A stretch of 64,000 nucleotides of DNA from Saccostrea echinata (lineage: Eukaryota): NCBI RefSeq assembly GCF_033153115.1, contig NW_026889779.1, positions 16,554,001-16,618,000 on the forward strand, given 5' to 3'. Below are positions 24,701 through 36,859 of the stretch, piece by piece. Both the position numbers and the translations under genes were made by a program. How positions within the stretch are numbered: the first letter of the stretch is position 1; each line of letters starts with the position of its first letter. The notes below the pieces were generated by a model. That model made no database searches. It saw nothing but the letters and a program-made list of their open reading frames with translations, and was not told the origin of the DNA.

Positions 24701-27700
24701 AGTACTCACTTAGGTAGGTCTACCAAGTGAGAACTACTCACCAAGAGAGCTGTACCCAGTGAGTAGTACTCACCAAGATAGGCTTATAAAGTGAGTAGTA
24801 TTCACTTAGGTAGGTCTACCAAGTGAGAACTACTCACTCAGAGAGGTGTATGCAGTGAACAGTACTCACCCAGATAGCTCTACACAGTGAATAGTACTCA
24901 CAAAGGTAGGTCTACCAAGTGAGAACTACTCACCTAGGGAGTTCCATGCAGTGAGCAGTACCCACTCAGGTGGTTCAGATTTTTTTCTGATATATTATTT
25001 CAGAACACACAATTTTCAGCTTACAATATTGAGCAGGTCAGGCGTAATCTTTTGATTAAGCCACAGTGTATATAAAACTTGAATTTGCTACATGGCTTAA
25101 ATAAGCTATTCAAAATAATTAAGATATTAAATGCAGTTTTTCACAATAAAATAGACAAAAAAAATGTAAATATGAGACTAATCATATTAATACTATGGAC
25201 TATTAAAAATCTAAATCCAAGATGAATTTAACATTTTTGCTTTTGAACACTTTTAAGTAAATTTAAAGATGTATTTCCATTGTTTGGGTAGCTGTAAACC
25301 ACCTTGTGTGCAGTGAGTCATCATAAGTGTTATTACTTAACATTGTCTAATTATTACTAATGAATAAGCTTGTTAACCAGAATTGACCATTTTGATTTCC
25401 TTGAAGAAGTGACAACTGTTTGGTCATGAATTACTGCTTTACAAAGTCCCAAAACTTTTAGAATTTTGACTGTAAATGCTCTGAAGAAGAGAGTTTTTAA
25501 CAAAGTAGAGAGTTTTTAACAAAGTTTGTTCATGCATTGTTTTCTCACAAGCTAAAACTTGCACATTCCAGAAAAAAATATAAGAATAGCTAAATAAAGC
25601 TATTTTACACACCCAAATAAAGCTACAGGGTATATAGCTACATGTACCGTTAATTCAAGCTTTATCTTGAGAGTGGTCTGGACTTGTTATCTGCACACTT
25701 CAGAAATATTACATGCGTGATTGAGATTTTGTTTCATCATTTAAAAATTGCTTTGTGTACAAATCTGAAACATAATGATGGGTCATGATTTTTTTAAAAT
25801 CTGAAATCAGTCTTATTAAAATATAGAATGAGGCAGTTAAGGTGTAATCTGTGTTAATTAAAAGATTAATTCCTTCCAAGAATAATATTAGTAACCCTAG
25901 AAAAAGACTTTTAAAAGATTTACTGCAATTCCAAGTATTATCAACTTTGCCCAGTCCAGGTGGCTGAGCTATGGAACCAGGGTACACCTATATCACAATT
26001 TTGATATTTTTATTCCATCATATAGACATAACAAGGAATATTAACAATTTCATTTAAAAACATTTAATTCCGGAGGTTTTTGCACCCCCTTCTAATGCCA
26101 CAAAAAGGTTAATGTACCATCTGCAAGGAATTGTAGTAGAAATTTCAGGAAAATGTTGAAAAGGTTCAAAATTTTTATTGACAAACTGACAATGGATGGA
26201 CTGACAAAAATGTGTAGCACTAAAGGTGTAGGTTGCCCAAGTAACCCAGTTAACCAGTTTTAAGACGTATACACTGCATTTCACCTTTCCTTTTGTAACT
26301 ACACAGGCAAGACACTAACATTTGCAATACCAGTAGTGCAACACTTGCAAGGAATCAAGCCAAAGATTTCAAGAATGGATGGAGTACATGCTCTTATCAT
26401 TGTTCCTACAAGGGAGGTAAGTCTAGCTAGGGATATTGATAAATATTTGAAAATGATAAATTTGCACTGAAGAGATTTTAAAATGTAACATATTTTGTCT
26501 TTCAGTTGGCCATTCAGTGCTTTGAAACCTTCAAGAAACTGGTCAATGTAAGTAAACCTTTTTCATAGTTTAGGTACTATATGTATGAGGGATGTAGAAG
26601 TTTGTTTAATTTTTTGTTTTAGTCTCACTATGGCACAAATTCATGGATGTTTTGAATCCATTCAATGAGTAATGTGAAGAAAAGACATTAAAAATTTTTG
26701 CAGAAATTCAATTAAAAATGAGGGAATGGTTCTTTCTGGCAAATTTTCAAAATCAGTAGAATTAATTAAAGTGAATGTTTTTAGCCATTCCAGTGGGTAG
26801 TACCAGGCTGTTTAATGGGGGGTGAAAAACGAAAATCAGAAAAAGCAAGATTGCGGAAAGGGATGAGTATTCTAGTGTGTACACCTGGACGACTGCTGGA
26901 CCACATCAAACACACTAATAGCCTGCATCTGGATAAAGTTAAATGGCTGGTGATAGATGAAGCAGACAGGTTTGTTGTTTTCTTTTTTTGTGTGTCATCT
27001 GCATGGTAGACAGATATGGATTATTGTGTTTCTAGAAGAATAATACAATATATTCGAATTGTTAGAAATTTCTTACATCAAATTTTTATCTTTGAGGAAA
27101 TTTTTATCACAGTACCGGTAATATGGAACACATCTCTCAGATCTATAATCATTAAAAGAATTCAAATTGAGTGCAAATGAAATTATTGTTAAGTTTTGTA
27201 TATAAACTGGATATCCTAATCACATGTTGAAAATATGTATCAATGAGTAAAGAATTAACAATATTTTTTTTATTTCAGAATGTTAGATCTTGGTTATGAG
27301 AAGGATGTAGGAGAAATTATCACTGCCCTGGACACAGAGAGTCACAGACAGACTGTGCTTCTGTCAGCTACGTTAACAGAAGGTAAATTTTACCTTAGCT
27401 TTGATGAAGATCAATTTGTTCTCAAGATTTATATTTGTCTATACATGTACTTGTAAATACATGTAAAAACTTTCAGAAACATAGCAATATCTGTATATTT
27501 CATGAATTAAAGGGGTCTGGATGCAGTTTTAAGTTTATTTCCATAATATGTTTTGATAAAATCCATGTCTTACATGTGCGAGAGGGTTTCAGGCCAATAT
27601 ATTTTAAGAGTATATGTTTAAAAACTTCTTTTATTTGAAAATTTATAAAAATTACGAATTCTGGGCATGTTTTATTGACATACATCCTTCCACACTCACA

Positions 27701-30700
27701 AACTAAAATCTATCCTTTATATACCCAGTATAAGAAAAGTGAAAAATATGTGGTGTATTAATAAAAGATATTAAAGCTTTAGTCAAGAAAAGTCAGAATA
27801 GAAATGAAAGAAAGCAAAACCAACACACCAGTATTGCCTGTTTGTGTTCAGTAAAACATAAACAAAACAGTGCTCATACCCATGTATACAACCACAGGTC
27901 TTTGCTGAAGAATACCATTGTGATTGAATATTAAGAGTTTGTAAATTCAAATAATAAGTTATTTTTACAATAAATATATAAATTTAAAACTGTAAAAAAG
28001 AAAATGGCAATGCAAGTGTGTCCATTCCCCTTTAAGTATATTCACTTTAAAAAAGTTTCTAATTTCATCTACAGAATGTAGTTGATATTGTACTGACCAA
28101 CAAAATCCCTCAATAAATTATTTATGTAACAACAGGTGTAGAGAGGCTAGCTGGAATGTCTCTGACAGATCCACTCAAGATAGATGTATCCAATTCCGAG
28201 GAGGAGCACAACTCGTCGACTGTACAGAGCTCTGCTCAGAGCAAAGAGCAAGATAAATCTGAGAACTTTGTTGTGCCTGAAAAATTGAAGCAGAACTTTG
28301 TGATTACTCCTTGCAAACTGAGATTGGTCACTCTCACAGCATTCATCCTCCTTAAAATTAAGGTAGTACATTGTAACTTGACTTTACAGATCTGGGGCCC
28401 ATTTTACAAAAGAACTTACGACTAAGACCAGAATTTAATTCTGCTAATAACTTTCTAATTTACATTAAATAGAAAATGAATTTAATCTTTTTAACAAGTA
28501 TGTAGAAAGATACTTTTACACTAGCAATTGTAAACAGAATAATTAATTTTACAAAATTTTACAATCAACTAAAGTTTTTGGTCTTAGTCGTAAGTTCTTT
28601 AAAATTTGGAAAACGGGCCCCTGGTACCTAATTTAATTAATTTAATTGAATGACAGTGGTTCACTTTCATAAGAGTTTTATAGATAAATTCTCTCCGAAA
28701 AAAAAAAAATTATGTGCAGCGCTACATTAAAAATTCTACACAAAAGGTACTCTAGGTCACTAATTTTTTACAACACCTTATTTCTGTGAAAAAGATATGT
28801 CTTTTTTTTAGCAAGACAAAATTTTCATGAATTTCTGTTACTGTTGTACATAATCTTTAATAATAAAATATATGCGAGAATGAATCTTTGCAAGCTCACT
28901 GTCTCACGTAATTAAGCAAAAATGATGTTCATATAAAAAAAAGTGATTTACAGTATACAGTTCAGTGTTGATTTTAAGTTTTTGAAAGACTTTAAAAATG
29001 GTCAGTGTTACCTTGTAGATGGTGTCTAGCCCAGGAAAGATGGTGGTATTCCTATCCACTCAGGACTCTGTAGAATTCCACTACCAGCTGATGAATCATT
29101 TCTTTGGAGGGGAAGGGGCAGAGGAGAATGCTAATCTGGCTGAGGAGGGGGACATTGACTTCTACAAGCTTCATGGAGACATGCCACAAAAGGTTTGTTC
29201 CTTATTAAATACATTTTATATATAAAAAAAAGAAGACTTATTTGTCAAATCTACATGTATGTACAGGATGATAGTTCTTTATTTTATACAAACATACAAT
29301 GGAATGAATGTACATGTATTGTAGGAAAGAACTAAGACTTACCAAGAATTTTCTACTGCAAGGACAGGAGTCTTGTTCTGTACAGTGAGTAATCGATTTT
29401 TTTTCTCTTATACCGGTACTTCATTTTTGAAAAATATCATTTTATTTTCTTCAGTTGATGTTTTTCACTTGTCAATAAAATTGGGTAATACATGTACATG
29501 AACTAAAGCTAATATACATGCACTCTCCATATACAATAGCTACATATACAACCTAATATTAAGAATTAGTTCTTTTTTTTAAGGAATATTAAGAAATTAT
29601 ACACATTTATCCATCTAATGTCTCATGGATTTGCTAATTATTTTTTCTGTTTAGGATGTTGCTGCTCGTGGCCTACACTTACCCGATGTAAGGTGGATTG
29701 TTCAGTACACCACCCCTGGGGCTGTACAGGGCTATGTCCACAGAGTCGGGAGAACGGCCAGAGTGGGGAAACAGGGCCATGCCCTCCTCTTTCTCATGCC
29801 AGCTGAGGTGGAATATCTGAAGTCTCTGGCAAGTCATGGAATAAGGTACAAAAAGTTCTGTACTTGCATACTTGATTGATGAAAATTTGACATTAATTAT
29901 AGGTTGAAATTAAACTCCTTTATTAAGGTTCATTGGTACTCTGGTAAGAGAGATAACTCTTAACTAGTATAAATGACTAATAATCCTTTTAATATAAAAT
30001 TGTCATGTTAAGAGGCCATTGCTGTGAAAATTTGCCCCACAAAGTATGCTGAAATTGTGTGAATTTTAATTATAAATTAGAATTCTTTTGAACAAACATA
30101 AGCATCAAGGAAAGATTTTAAATGAGTGATCAGAGAGAGATGAGGAACCTTAACTTCAACCTGAATCTGATGTTGAACCTTTATATACCAGTACATCTTC
30201 ATGTCAACTGATGTCATCTCTGGTAGTATGACAAGGAAATTTTAAAATCAAAAGTGCCTTTATACTTTTAGTGTGGAAGAAGTTAATATGGCAGACATCT
30301 TGAAGACATTAATTATTGCTGTACAAGATATGGTTTCAGAAACAGAGAAAAAGGTAAGACAAAAGTGAAAAAATGTCTTTTTCTAACGTATAGCATATTG
30401 TTCTTAAAAACTAGCAGTTAAAAAGATTTATACCAAAATTCATGGTTTTGATTCCTTCAATATTACAGAGGACTCCATCCAAAACATTTGAAGAGTGTGC
30501 CACCTACCTGCAGCTTTGCTTTGAGAATCATGTGGCAGAAGACAAAAAAATGTCCCAACTGGCTAGGAGAGGTATGCACCGTAATAATGCACCGTAATAA
30601 TGTGTTTTTCATGCAGATTTTTTTCATGGTTCATATGTAAAGTTTAAATGAAAAACATCCTGCGGCATCCTGTGGCAATATATTTCTCTACCTGATATCA

Positions 30701-31456
30701 TTTGTATGTGCACTGAAATATTTTAAATCACCAACTAAAAATGCACACTTCAAATAACTATGACTGCAGTATAATGCATGCAAAAGATCTTTTTGTTCTT
30801 GACTGACTATGTCAAGGAATAAAAGCCACCTGTAAATTTCTACAATTTTTATGCCCCCCCTTCAAAGAAGGGAGGGCATATTGCTTTGCTGCTGTCTGTC
30901 GGTCGATCTGTCTGTCTGTCTGTCGGTCCACCAACAGTTTCTGTTCATTTTCTTCACAGAGGTTGCACATACTGAAATGAAATTTGGTATACAGATTTAT
31001 CATAGGAATATCTAGGTCAACTTTTGTTTTGGGTACAATCGAGCAATTTTTGACAGAGTTTTGCCCCTTGGACTTAGGAAAATTCCAATTATTTGCAGTT
31101 TCCGTTCATTTTCTTTGCAGAGGTTGTTCATACTGAAATGAAATTTGGTTTACAGATTTATCATAAGAATATCTAGGTCAAATTCTGTTTTGGGTACAAT
31201 CGAGCAATTTTTGACAGAGTTATGCCCCTTGGACTTTGAAAAATTCCATTTATTTGCAGTTTCTGCTCATTTTCTCTGCAGAGGTTGCACATACTGAAAT
31301 GAAATTTGGTATACAGATTTATCATAAGAATATCTAGTTCAAGTTCTGTTTTGGGTACAATTGAGCAATTTTTGTCAGAGTTATGCCCCTTGGACTTAGA
31401 AAAATTCCAATTATTGGGGGGGGGGGGGCATAAGTGTTTCACAAACATCTCTTGTT

Positions 31457-31502
<46 letters not shown>

Positions 31503-31534
31503 GAAATTTGTCCGTTGTCTGTCGTCATTGTTGT

Positions 31535-31571
<37 letters not shown>

Positions 31572-31611
31572 TACTGGGCCAATTTCAATCAAACTTGGCA
31601 AAAGTATCCTA

Positions 31612-31655
<44 letters not shown>

Positions 31656-31657
31656 CC

Positions 31658-31690
<33 letters not shown>

Positions 31691-33672
31691 TAATGGCATT
31701 ATTGAAAAAATTTTCTTCTCAAGCACCAACGGGCCAGGAAAGATGAAACTCATGTGGAATCATTGTCCGGTAGTGTAGATTCAAGTTTGTTCAAATCATG
31801 ACCCCCAGGGGCAGGGTGGGGCCACAATGGACGATCAAAGTTTTACATAGGAGTATATAGGAAAAATCTTCAAAAATCTTCTTTCAAGAACAGCAAAGCT
31901 ATGATTGGTCATATTTATGTGGAAGCATCCTCAAGTGATGTAGAATCAAGTTTGTTCAAATCATGACCCCGGGGGTAGGGTGGGGCCACAATGAGTGATT
32001 AAAGTTTTACATAGGAATATATAGGAAAAATCTTTAAAAATCTTCTCAAGAACAGCAAAGCCACTGTTTGTCATATTTATATGGAAGCATCCTCAGATAG
32101 TGTAGATTCAAGTTTGTTCAAATCATGACCTCCAGGGGTAGGGTGGGGCCACAATGAAAGTTTAAACTTGTAGAGAAAAAAGTCACAGTTAGTCAAAAAA
32201 TTATGTAAGCATCCTTAGTTAGTGTAGATTTAATTTTGTTCAAATCATACCCCCACTCCCTTTAAGGGGTAGGTTGGGATCACTTTTGCATTTAAGCTTT
32301 TCAATACTAAACTGATTTTTCCTTTTTCCTCGCCACAGTGCTTAGGTGAGCGATGTGGCCCCTAGGCCTCTTGTTTAACTTTGCAAGCGATATTTGAATT
32401 ATTTCCTTTCATGCAGCCTTCCAGTCATTTGTGAGAGCTTATGCAACGTATCCTTCTAGTCTGAAGACAATATTCCACGTCAGAAACCTACATTTGGGCC
32501 ACCTAGCTAAGAGCTTTGGATTGCGAGATGCCCCCTCAAACATCAACGAGAAGACTGGAAAACAGAAAACGTTTACAAAGAAACAAAAGTCAAAAAAAGA
32601 TAGGTAAGGATTTTTTTTTTACCTTTATTTTTTTCCAAACATAAAAAATAGCATTTAACACTATCAAACAATATGTCAAACATATATGAAAAAATAAAAT
32701 GATAAAGATTTTAGAACATGAAGCATGATAGCACATTGCTCGTTTATATTTTTTTCTTTTAATTATTGAGGCATATTGATGCATTCCTGTACATGCTGAA
32801 ATTGAAAATAAGTTTATGTACAAACTGTACATTGCGTATCACAAAAAGTACAAAATAACTAATTATTAAGTATATACAAATACTGCTGATCATAAAAAAA
32901 GATGTCTGGTGATCTAGAGTTTTACAAACTCTTCACCCAGGCAAGGCTTTAAAAAATGCACATGTATAAATGGAGTTATTACAATCTCCTGAACACATAT
33001 CTTATCAAGCTGAAATCTATAGACATAATGTGATAAAAAACAAATCAGAAAAAAAATTAACTGCTTTGTATAACATGTAGCCTTTCATTAATTTTGTGCA
33101 AAACAAACAACACTTTCCCAATAAAAGCTTTAGAGCTTTAAAATTACAGACAATTGTGAGCACAATATTTATTACGGGTATTATGTCAATAGGAGATCAT
33201 CTGCACAAAATGAGACAACTTTGCCTATGTACAACCTTGATAATTGTCCATATCCCAAAATACAAAACAAACAAACCTCTTCATCTCAAACTAAATAGGG
33301 CCAAGAAAATATTTCAAGATACAATATCTGAGGATTTGAGATACTGAGGTTAAAATACATAAAGAAAAGAGGCTAGCTTAAGGACTTCCAAGATTCCAAC
33401 TCCGTTCGACATGTCCATGGTATTTTAGATATCCATGTTCGAGATTCCAAAAGTTCGATAGTAATTATACCAGTATTCTAAGGGTTACCACTCCTAGCAT
33501 AGTGAAAGAATTTGCACTTGCCTGTTATATACTAATATGTAGATAATTTGATTGTTTCAGATTTGGTTCAGAAGGTGGAGGACATACCAATAAATCTCAT
33601 TTCTCATCATTGACAGTGTCAGAGTTTTCAAGTGGACTATCTAAAGCAAGCTTATCAAAACAAAAACATTGA
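18730..33672 (+). CDS. DDX31: ATP-dependent DEAD-box RNA helicase DDX31 (Dbp7), 724 aa, 16 exons: 18730-18816, 20804-21123, 21217-21292, 21414-21528, 26307-26416, 26506-26547, 26785-26969, 27279-27382, 28136-28362, 29019-29192, 29325-29384, 29655-29845, 30272-30353, 30469-30571, 32417-32603, 33561-33672
   Basis: 2175-nt in-frame GT-AG spliced CDS. Core motifs: Q motif (MTTVQ), [41 protein letters not shown]. Dbp7-specific features: [71 protein letters not shown] at 33707-33712. Confidence 0.95.
18882..19494 (+). mobile_element. MITE with ~90-bp TIR and 5-bp TSD (family copy 1)
   Basis: Termini TAGGTCC.../...GGACCTG, TSD ATCAT at 18877-18881 and 19495-19499, TAGCTATATAGC subterminal motifs. 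Confidence 0.8.
20243..20445 (-). mobile_element. RTE-clade LINE 3' end fragment
   Basis: Minus strand encodes decayed QSPELNPQG.. and [29 protein letters not shown], followed by a TAAG-type tail. Resembles the RTE C-terminus WNPQGKR..RVRWR..LC. Confidence 0.7.
21968..22632. mobile_element. HINE-like element with three ~180-bp internal repeats
   Basis: CTCCTCCTATACCACT at 22061, 22240 and ~22423. TCTGT microsatellite and small hairpin at the left end. Confidence 0.7.
22640..23190 (-). mobile_element. Degenerate copy of the 5-bp-TSD MITE family (copy 2)
   Basis: Internal sequence (TCTCCTTCAGAGCATTTGCAATCAAAG..TGACTCACTGCACACAAGGTG) is the reverse complement of 25260-25540 and similar to 23640-23860. 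Boundaries approximate. Confidence 0.6.
23435..24094 (-). mobile_element. MITE with ~135-bp TIR and 5-bp TSD (family copy 3)
   Basis: CAGGTCTAGGAAAATCACT.../...AGTGATTTTCCTGGACCTG, TSD ACCAA at 23430-23434 and 24095-24099. Confidence 0.88.
24535..24965. repeat. 32-bp-period minisatellite: 14 palindromic 15-bp cores (GTGAGTAGTACTCAC) separated by 17-bp variable spacers
   Basis: Cores start exactly every 32 bp from 24535 to 24951. Spacers fall into three related types in a rough 96-bp higher-order repeat. Confidence 0.92.
25034..25686 (+). mobile_element. Degenerate copy of the 5-bp-TSD MITE family (copy 4)
   Basis: CAGGTC...GGACTTG ends. Internal AAAGATGTATTTCCATTGTTTGG..CCACCTTGTGTG is shared with ~19095-19150. 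TSD not preserved. Confidence 0.65.
27511..28031. mobile_element. Kolobok-like non-autonomous DNA transposon
   Basis: TTAA-AGGGGTCTGGA...TCCATTCCCCT-TTAA. Confidence 0.65.
30846..31454 (-). mobile_element. HINE element with 161-bp internal repeats
   Basis: Hairpin ATGCCCCCCCTTCAAAGAAGGGAGGGCAT, TCTG microsatellite, CATACTGAAATGAAATTTGG at 30968, 31129 and 31290, end GGGGCATAAGTGTTTCACAAACATCTCTTGT. Confidence 0.85.
31455..32374 (-). mobile_element. HINE (CvA/pearl-like) with ~165-bp satellite units
   Basis: TAGCTCACCTGAGCCGAAGGCTCAAGTGAGC hairpin, units at 31791, 31956 and 32118, end AGGTGAGCGATGTGGCCCCTAGGCCTCTTGT. Confidence 0.9.
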
Positions 33673-33750
33673 TACATGACCTGTAAATTTAATTACTTGT
33701 ATTTTTAATAAATGCAAAACCTGCAACTCTCATGTTTAATTTGTAACATT

Positions 33751-34907
33751 ACAAGAGGCCCATGGGCCACAGCGCTCACCTGAGTAACTTTGGCCTTGCT
33801 GTTTTTCACCTGATTTCTCCCCCCCCCCTCGTAGTACTTATTGTGGTCCCTCCCCCCTACCCCCGAGGGTCATGATTTGAACAATTTAGAATCTACACTA
33901 CCCAAGAATGTTTCCACATTAGTTTCAGCTTTTCTGGCCCAGTGGTTCTTGAGAAGAAGATTTTTACTACATATTTCAATGTAAAACTTGGATTCCCTAT
34001 TGTGGCCCCACCCTACCCCCCGGGGGTCATGATTTGAACAATTTAGAATCTACACTACCCCAGGATGCTTTCAAATAAGTTTCAGCTTTTCTGGCCTAGT
34101 GGTTCTTGAGAAGAAGATTTTTAAATATTTTTACTATATATTTCAATGTAAAACTTGGATTCCTTATTGTGGCCCCACCCTAACCCCGGGGGTCATGATT
34201 TGAACAATTTAGAATCTACACTACCCAAGGAAACTTCCAAATAAGTTTCAGTCTTTCTGGCCTAGTGGTTCTTGAGAAGAAGATTTTTAAAGATTTTAAC
34301 TACATATTTCTATGTAAAACTTGGATTCCTTATTGTGGCCCCGCCCTAACCCCGGGGGTCATGATTTGAACAATTTAAAATCTACACTACCCCAGGATGC
34401 TTCCACATAAGTTTCAGCTTCTCTGGCCCAGTGGTTCTTGAGAAAAAGATTTTTAAATATTTTTACTATATATTTCAATGTAAAACTTGGATTCCTTATT
34501 GTGGCCCTGCCCTAACCCCAGGGGTCATGATTTGCACAATTTAGAATCTACACTACCCCAGGATGCTTCCACATAAGTTTCAGCTTCTCTGGCCCAGTGG
34601 TTCTTGAGAAGAAGATTTTTAAAGATTTTTACTACATATTTCTATGTAAAACTTGGATTCCCTATTGTGGCCCCGCCCTAACCCCGGGGGTCATGATTTG
34701 AACAATTTAGAATCTACACTACCCCAGGATGCTTCCACATAAGTTTAAGCTTTTCTGGCCCAGTGGTTCTTGAGAAGAAGATTTTTTAATGACCCCACCC
34801 AATTTTTGTATTTTCTTGATTATCTCCCCTTTGAACAGGACTTGGCCCTTCATTTTAATAATTTAAACTCCCCTTTACCCAAGGATGCTTTGTACCAAGT
34901 TTGGTTA

Positions 34908-34944
<37 letters not shown>

Positions 34945-34988
34945 GTGAAAAGTTTACAGACGGACGGACAGACGGACGACGGACAACG

Positions 34989-35036
<48 letters not shown>
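33751..35036 (+). mobile_element. Full-length HINE (CvA/pearl-like) carrying about 6 units of the 166-bp oyster satellite
   Basis: 5' ACAAGAGGCCCATGGGCCAC..GCTCACCTGAG. TCATGATTTG at 33870, 34027, 34193, 34359, 34525 and 34691 (166-bp period after the first unit). GACG/ACGG microsatellite. 3' hairpin AGCTCACTTGAGCTTTCAGCTCAGGTGAGCTAAAAA. Confidence 0.93.
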
Positions 35037-35038
<2 letters not shown>

Positions 35039-36264
35039 GTAATCATTTCACTTCTTTAAGGTGACATGAGTCTCACATAAATAAACTTAAGAAAAAAATT
35101 ATGAACATATTTACCAAACATTATCGATAATGGTATTATATTGCGTATTTGTTAGTTTAAATAAGGAATACACCCACTTTGTTCTAACGTCATGAATAGG
35201 ACAAAAAGAGAGATTGTCAAATATAGAAAAGTACATATATACACCAAACATTCCACACAAAGTAGTGTGTTTGAGAATCAATTTAAATTATGGTAATTAA
35301 CAATGGGATTGTGCTCAAATATTCTTGAAAATGTTTAAAGGATACTTTTAAGTGAACAAATTGAACTTAAAATCCATGAACACAGGAATCCTTAACTTAA
35401 TTAAGTGTAAATCTTTAAATACAAATACTTCAAAACAAAGCAATACTTGCAAACCGGCCCTTGCAAACAGAGGTGTTAATCTTTATGTGAAAGATAAAGA
35501 TAAGGTACTGAATTTTCTACAGCAGGCAAGATAATTAATCCCAGGGGATTAATTGTACTGCTGTTTCATCCTTTTATTATAAGTTTACAACCTTTTATTA
35601 GTTAAGAACATTTTCACCAATGATAGAATGAGGCTATTTTTACTGTACCTGTTAATAGTTTCCTTTAATTTATATAAGGCAGCAATAAAAAAACAATATA
35701 TTTTTAAAAATAAAAATTTTTTTTTACTCTATCTCTTTCTTTTCTTTTTTTTTTTACATTAATTCCCAATGAAAATTATATTTCAATAAAATGTGTAATT
35801 GTATGGTGGACAATGGGCATCACAAAAATCCACCCTACTGTGAATGCAAACATGGTCCAAGATTGACCTTAACTTCAAAATAAACATCACTTGCGGACAG
35901 AGCAGTTAATCTCAATCTTACAGATCGAGATCAGGCTTTTGATTTTCTACAGCAGACAAGTCAATCAGGGGACTCATTGCAGCTTACATAGTTTACAAGT
36001 AGAACATTATCAGCAGTTATATCTCTTTGCCCATTCATTCTTATCCACACCACCACCCCAGTTCCAACCCAAATGACAATCAAACTAAATACCAAATAAG
36101 TCTCACTGCCTTTTCAACCTACATACCAAATTTGAACTTAATAGGACAACAGTCAAAAAAGGTATTAGGGAAAAAAAAAGAAAATTTGCAGACCTAAGAA
36201 TGACAGACGGACAGATGGACAGAGTGATTACTGCAGGGCACCCGCAAATCCGTGGGAGCCCTAA

Positions 36265-36692
36265 GGCCATAAAAAATTAATAGTTTCTCAGGTCAAGAAT
36301 TTCAAAATTTAATGCGGCAGGCAGTTTCTTTTTTTAAGCAGATGTTATACCTTTTTTCATGTCAGTCGTTCAACAAAATGATGATATCAACTGATTCTGA
36401 CTTTTATTGTTCTCTTACATTAATTATAATATGTTTTCAACTTTAAATTATGTTTTTCCAAACAAAGTTAATTCATAAAATACCATATTAACAAGAAATG
36501 TATTGTTTATCTAATAAAAACGTCTATCTATTAGCATTTACGAAAAGAGAATAACTCAATTTTCTTTTTCAACTTGGAAAAATAGAAAACTGAGTTATTT
36601 CCCTTTTCAATATGTCAATAAAATTGATCAATGCTACAGTGTTTGACCTGATGCGGTGGTGCCTGAGAAACTATTGATTATTTTTTTTGGCC
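36265..36692. mobile_element. MITE with ~30-bp TIR
   Basis: GGCCATAAAAAATTAATAGTTTCTCAGG ... CCTGAGAAACTATTGATTATTTTTTTTGGCC. Confidence 0.7.
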
Positions 36693-36859
36693 TAATTAGC
36701 CCCATCTCTGTTTACATTCATAATTTATTCATAAATTCATATTTTAATGTTAATCAAGAATTAGCACATGTTGTCTAATGTGTGATGTGCTAAATTAAAA
36801 GTCCCACTAAGTAAATTGAGTAAATAAGTAAACAAACAATAGTCTGTAAACCAACACAG

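Noticed and set aside
24535-24965. CRISPR array
   Set aside because: Eukaryotic intron, no cas genes, repeat only 15 bp, and the 17-bp spacers are mutually related and recur, so it is a minisatellite.
30812-31778. ORFs [10 protein letters not shown].., MFVKHLC.. and MSVVIVV..
   Set aside because: Translations of non-coding HINE repeats; the same applies to the ORFs at 17210-17655, 34770-35033, 55127-55773 and 62851-63093.
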